Source of the DNA: a virus
Taxonomy: Duplodnaviria; Caudoviricetes
Length of the DNA stretch: 38,867 nt
Direction: 5' to 3' (one strand)
Virus record (IMG/VR): IMGVR_UViG_3300011405_000014
Coordinates: 1-38,867 of that record
A program made the translations under genes and the position numbers. Shown piece after piece: positions 35,406-38,867 of this stretch; the stretch's first letter is position 1, and every line of letters begins with the position of its first letter. The notes under the pieces were generated by a model. It searched no databases. It worked only from the letters and a program-made list of their open reading frames with translations, and was not told the origin of the DNA.

Positions 35406-37091
35406 ATGGCAGAGTTTCGTAACCCATTTGGCAGCAGGCGCCCATCCAGTGATTCAGCCGAGGCCTCGATGTGGGATGCCGCGCAGGCAATCATGGCGAA
35501 AGGGCTGGACCCGAGTCAGGCGCATCCTGAGTGGGGATACGTGCCGGGACAACCCGATGCGATTTATCAGCAAGCGGTCGGCACGACCATGCCGTGGGAT
35601 CAGTATGCTGCACAGCAGGCCGCAGCCGGATTCAACCCGAATCTGACGTATGAGACATCGGGCATGAACCTGCAGCAGTTTGCGAACTCACCCTACTCTG
35701 GATATCAGGCAGGCCCGGGTGGTGTCACGTTCACCGGCTACGGCGAGGGTAGCGGGTGGCAAAGCCCGACATGGATCGAGGATCCCAATGACGCAGGCAG
35801 TTCGGGATGGAAGGGATTCCTCACGAAGGGTGTGCTTCCGGTGGCTGGGATGGCGCTTGGTGCTGGCGCGCTCTCGGGTCTGCTTGGGTCTGGGGCTGGA
35901 GCCGCTACTGCAGGAACTGGCGCGATGGACATGGGCGTTGGTCTGGATGCCATGCGTAATTCGTTCCTTGGTTTGGATGCTGGGTTGGGAAGTTTTGGGG
36001 CAAGCGCCAACGCTGTCTACGATGCCGCGGGCAATTTGGTTTCTGATTGGAGTGCTCTGCCTTATGAAGAAACAATCGATGGGACGAATTGGCTGTCGCA
36101 AGACGGCAGCGGCTTTACCGATTTCACGCAAAATAATTTCGGCAATCCACTTGGGCAGCCCTACAACGTAAACACGGCAAGCTTGGATCAGATGATCAAC
36201 GGTGTCGCCGGCGGCGGGCAGGGCATCTATGGCAACCCGTTAGGCTTTGCTATTCCAGGAGCGGCTGAAGGCTCGGGCTTGCTTGGCATGATGTCACCGA
36301 CCACGCTAGCCGGCATCCTTGGCGGTGGCGCCACGCTCGGCGGCGGGCTGGATCTTGGCACGATCTTCAAGGGCGCGCTACCGTCGATCATGAATGGTGT
36401 CACTGGCGCAGCACTTGGGGCGGCTGGTGGTGCTGCGCCATCATTGCTTGATCGAATCATCAATGGTGCCGGTAGTTTGCTTGGTGGCGGCGCCAACTCG
36501 CTCCTGGGCGGGTTAGGTGGTGTAGGCGACCTGGCAGCACGCCTTGCCCCCGGCGCGGCCGCGCTCGCCTACGCGAAGAACACAGACCCGTTCGATCTGT
36601 CGCGCATGGAATCGCTCTACAACCAATCAGGACAGGCGTCGAACCCGTTCGACTATTCCAAACTGAACAGCCTATACGACCAGCTTGGCAGCGATCCGAA
36701 TCTGAATCCGAATCTGATGAGTTATGACCTGCAAAGCGGTGCCGGCAGGGACAAGTTGAATTCGTCCCTCGCTCGGCGTGGGGTGCTGGGCTCGAGCTTT
36801 GGCACCTACGACCAGAACTCGTATGACACGCTGCGCGGCCTTGGTCGATCGGCGCTCTTGGGGCAAGGGCTGCAGCAGCAGGCTGGCATTGCAAACAACC
36901 TGCTCACCGCACAGATGAACGAGCGCAGGCTGCAGGGCACCGATCTCGACCGGCAGGCAGGGCTTGCGAAGGATCTGCTCAACGCGCAGGTTCAGGAACG
37001 GGCGCTGAAGGATGCCCGCTACGGGCGAGCGTTCGACGTGTTCGGGCGAGCGCTCTCGCCAGGACCGACACTTTACACGGCGGGGAGATAG
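35406..37091 (+). CDS. ejection/internal virion protein (Gly-rich)
   Basis: AGGAG RBS at true start; Gly/Ala/Leu-rich hydrophobic segments; SLARRGVLGSS motif. Confidence 0.75.
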   Translation: MAEFRNPFGSRRPSSDSAEASMWDAAQAIMAKGLDPSQAHPEWGYVPGQPDAIYQQAVGTTMPWDQYAAQQAAAGFNPNLTYETSGMNLQQFANSPYSGYQAGPGGVTFTGYGEGSGWQSPTWIEDPNDAGSSGWKGFLTKGVLPVAGMALGAGALSGLLGSGAGAATAGTGAMDMGVGLDAMRNSFLGLDAGLGSFGASANAVYDAAGNLVSDWSALPYEETIDGTNWLSQDGSGFTDFTQNNFGNPLGQPYNVNTASLDQMINGVAGGGQGIYGNPLGFAIPGAAEGSGLLGMMSPTTLAGILGGGATLGGGLDLGTIFKGALPSIMNGVTGAALGAAGGAAPSLLDRIINGAGSLLGGGANSLLGGLGGVGDLAARLAPGAAALAYAKNTDPFDLSRMESLYNQSGQASNPFDYSKLNSLYDQLGSDPNLNPNLMSYDLQSGAGRDKLNSSLARRGVLGSSFGTYDQNSYDTLRGLGRSALLGQGLQQQAGIANNLLTAQMNERRLQGTDLDRQAGLAKDLLNAQVQERALKDARYGRAFDVFGRALSPGPTLYTAGR

Positions 37092-37093
37092 CG

Positions 37094-38404
37094 ATGGCAT
37101 GGCTCGAATCCTTGGCTCAAGGCATGCGCGGGGCTGGTGGCATCCTCGATCAGAACGTGTACCAGGAAGGCTTGCGCGATGAGCGGTTGAAAGAGGTCGA
37201 GATCAGCCGGCGCCGTGACTTGATCGCGCAGCAGGTGATCAGGGGCGCAGAGGCTGGCGCCATACCGCCAGAGGCGGCGCAGGCGACATTGGCGAAGCTG
37301 GGATATGGCAACCTGCCGATCGGTCCCTCGCTACAGGCCCAAGCGCAGCAGGAAGCAATCAAAGCAAAGCAACGCGAGATGATGGAGCAGGAGCAGGCCA
37401 ATCAGTATCTTGGTGCCTTGCGTCAGCGCATGCAGGCAGCAATGCAACCGCGCGTTACAACGGATGCAGCCGATAACGTGATGCAGGAACCCGGCATGTC
37501 GCGCGACGAGGCGTTGCGTTCAGTTTTGCCAGACATGATCTTGCATCAGAACCGTTTCATCGCAGATCGTGGCGCAGGGTTGGAGAAGTCGCTCGAGGCG
37601 ACTGAGGCACGCAGGGAAACCGTAGCTGCGGCGCTTCAACAGCGCGCGTTAGAAGCAGAGCGGAACCACCTTGCGCGCATGCAAATGCTGCAAACCGCAG
37701 AGGCTAGAGTGGCCGAAACGCAGCGGCATAACCAAGTCATGGAAGGACTGCGTGCTGCGATCGCCGCTAATGGCAGATCTGGCGGCGGCGCAGGTGGTCG
37801 ACGCGAGCCATTCAAGTTCAGCGTCGAGGGTGAGAATGTTCAGGGCTGGCGAGATCGATCGGGTCAGGTAACAGATGCAAGCGGTCGCGTGATTACCAAT
37901 TATCAACCTGAAGTGACGGCATCTGACCAGGCCGCATCGCAAAAGCGTGTCCAAGAGCAGGAGACGCTTGCCTCAATCGACGACAAGCTCAATCGGATTA
38001 ACAGAATCAATGCGAGCAATCCGGCATTAACCTCTGGTGTGGCTGGCAGCGCGACCAATGCATTGGCATGGATGTACAACCAGACCTTGGGTCATGCGAT
38101 GGGCTATACACGCTCGCCTAACGAGCAGGCCAAGCAATTGCGTGACTTCGTCATCTCCGAGATGGGTGGTCTTGGACGGCTCTCGAATCAAGATCGGCAG
38201 CGTATTGAAGAGGCATGGAGCCTCAATGCGTTCGGTAGCGCTCAAGGCGTCGAAGAGGCTGTCAAGCTAACGCGTCAACTTATCAACTCCAAATACGCAG
38301 GTAGCGGGGCGCCTGTTGCTCGCCAAGTTCCTGGTGGACAACCGCCGCGGCCTAGTGCTGCTCCAGCGACTCCACCGCCGCCGCCCGGGTTCAAGGTGGA
38401 CTAA
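37094..38404 (+). CDS. ejection/internal virion protein (coiled coil)
   Basis: GGGGAG RBS; Ala/Gln/Glu-rich, ETQRHN motif, PPPPPPGF tail. Confidence 0.75.
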   Translation: MAWLESLAQGMRGAGGILDQNVYQEGLRDERLKEVEISRRRDLIAQQVIRGAEAGAIPPEAAQATLAKLGYGNLPIGPSLQAQAQQEAIKAKQREMMEQEQANQYLGALRQRMQAAMQPRVTTDAADNVMQEPGMSRDEALRSVLPDMILHQNRFIADRGAGLEKSLEATEARRETVAAALQQRALEAERNHLARMQMLQTAEARVAETQRHNQVMEGLRAAIAANGRSGGGAGGRREPFKFSVEGENVQGWRDRSGQVTDASGRVITNYQPEVTASDQAASQKRVQEQETLASIDDKLNRINRINASNPALTSGVAGSATNALAWMYNQTLGHAMGYTRSPNEQAKQLRDFVISEMGGLGRLSNQDRQRIEEAWSLNAFGSAQGVEEAVKLTRQLINSKYAGSGAPVARQVPGGQPPRPSAAPATPPPPPGFKVD

Positions 38405-38867
38405 TGGCAACCGCTACCAATCCGCAGACAGGTGAGCAAGTCATACTCAGTGGTGACCAATGGTTGCCGGTCGAGAAAACTGCGACAGGACCGAATGGGA
38501 GCAAGGCATATCTTGCCGGCGGTAAGTGGATCACCGAGGAAGGCGTCAATCGACCGGCTACCGTGGCTGCTGCACGCGCGGTTCAGCAAGACCTTGCGCC
38601 ATCAGTCAACGATCGATTCTCGCAGCGTTACAACCCGGAGCAAGGCACGGGCGGTTATGTCCTCAATGAAACTGCGAAGACCTTCATGGGCCTGATCGGT
38701 ATCCCAGAAGCTGCAATCAACGCACAGTCACCGCTGACCCCAATGGGGGCGATGGGGGCAGTCGCACGTCAATTGCGCCCGGATTGGTTATCGACCGACC
38801 GCATCAGCCAAGCGCTAGGTATCAATCCGGTCATGAAGGCGCCAGGCCCAGGCACTGAATTCCTGAC
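38404..38867 (+). CDS. large ejection protein (partial, runs off window)
   Basis: TAATG overlap; hand translation MATATNPQTGEQVILSGDQWLPVEKTATGPNGSKAYLAGGKW..., open to window end. Confidence 0.75.
   Translation, partial: MATATNPQTGEQVILSGDQWLPVEKTATGPNGSKAYLAGGKWITEEGVNRPATVAAARAVQQDLAPSVNDRFSQRYNPEQGTGGYVLNETAKTFMGLIGIPEAAINAQSPLTPMGAMGAVARQLRPDWLSTDRISQALGINPVMKAPGPGTEFL

Overview
Large internal segment of a tailed dsDNA phage genome (high GC, probably a proteobacterial host, podovirus-like tail), with both window ends falling inside genes. Layout: (1) leftward early/recombination genes (1-3019: Ead/Ea22-like, PD-(D/E)XK exonuclease, SSB-like protein); (2) a divergent promoter pair, then a rightward unit with a PAPS-reductase-family gene, Cro-like HTH, VRR-NUC nuclease, a strongly structured non-coding stretch, an O-like initiator with internal iterons, a C5 DNA methyltransferase with a nested alternative-frame ORF, and a P-like loader (3104-8514); (3) an inverted accessory operon (8599-10767) behind a sigma54-type promoter and a palindrome array; (4) terS, a probable packaging/terminus region, then a cassette of four glycosyltransferase-like genes (two GT9-like, one GT29 sialyltransferase-like, one GT-A-like) and two SAM methyltransferases before terL; (5) terL, portal, a 7.6 kb block of accessory genes (signal-peptide G8/beta-helix protein, LamG protein, 20-aa repeat protein), scaffold, N4-gp56-like major capsid, adaptor, nozzle, tail fibre and ejection proteins. 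No CI repressor, integrase, lysis gene, tRNA or CRISPR array was recognised. The best candidate for an undescribed system is the glycosylation/methylation cassette, possibly acting on the Ser/Thr-rich virion accessory proteins. All family calls come from motif recognition by eye, not from database searches.
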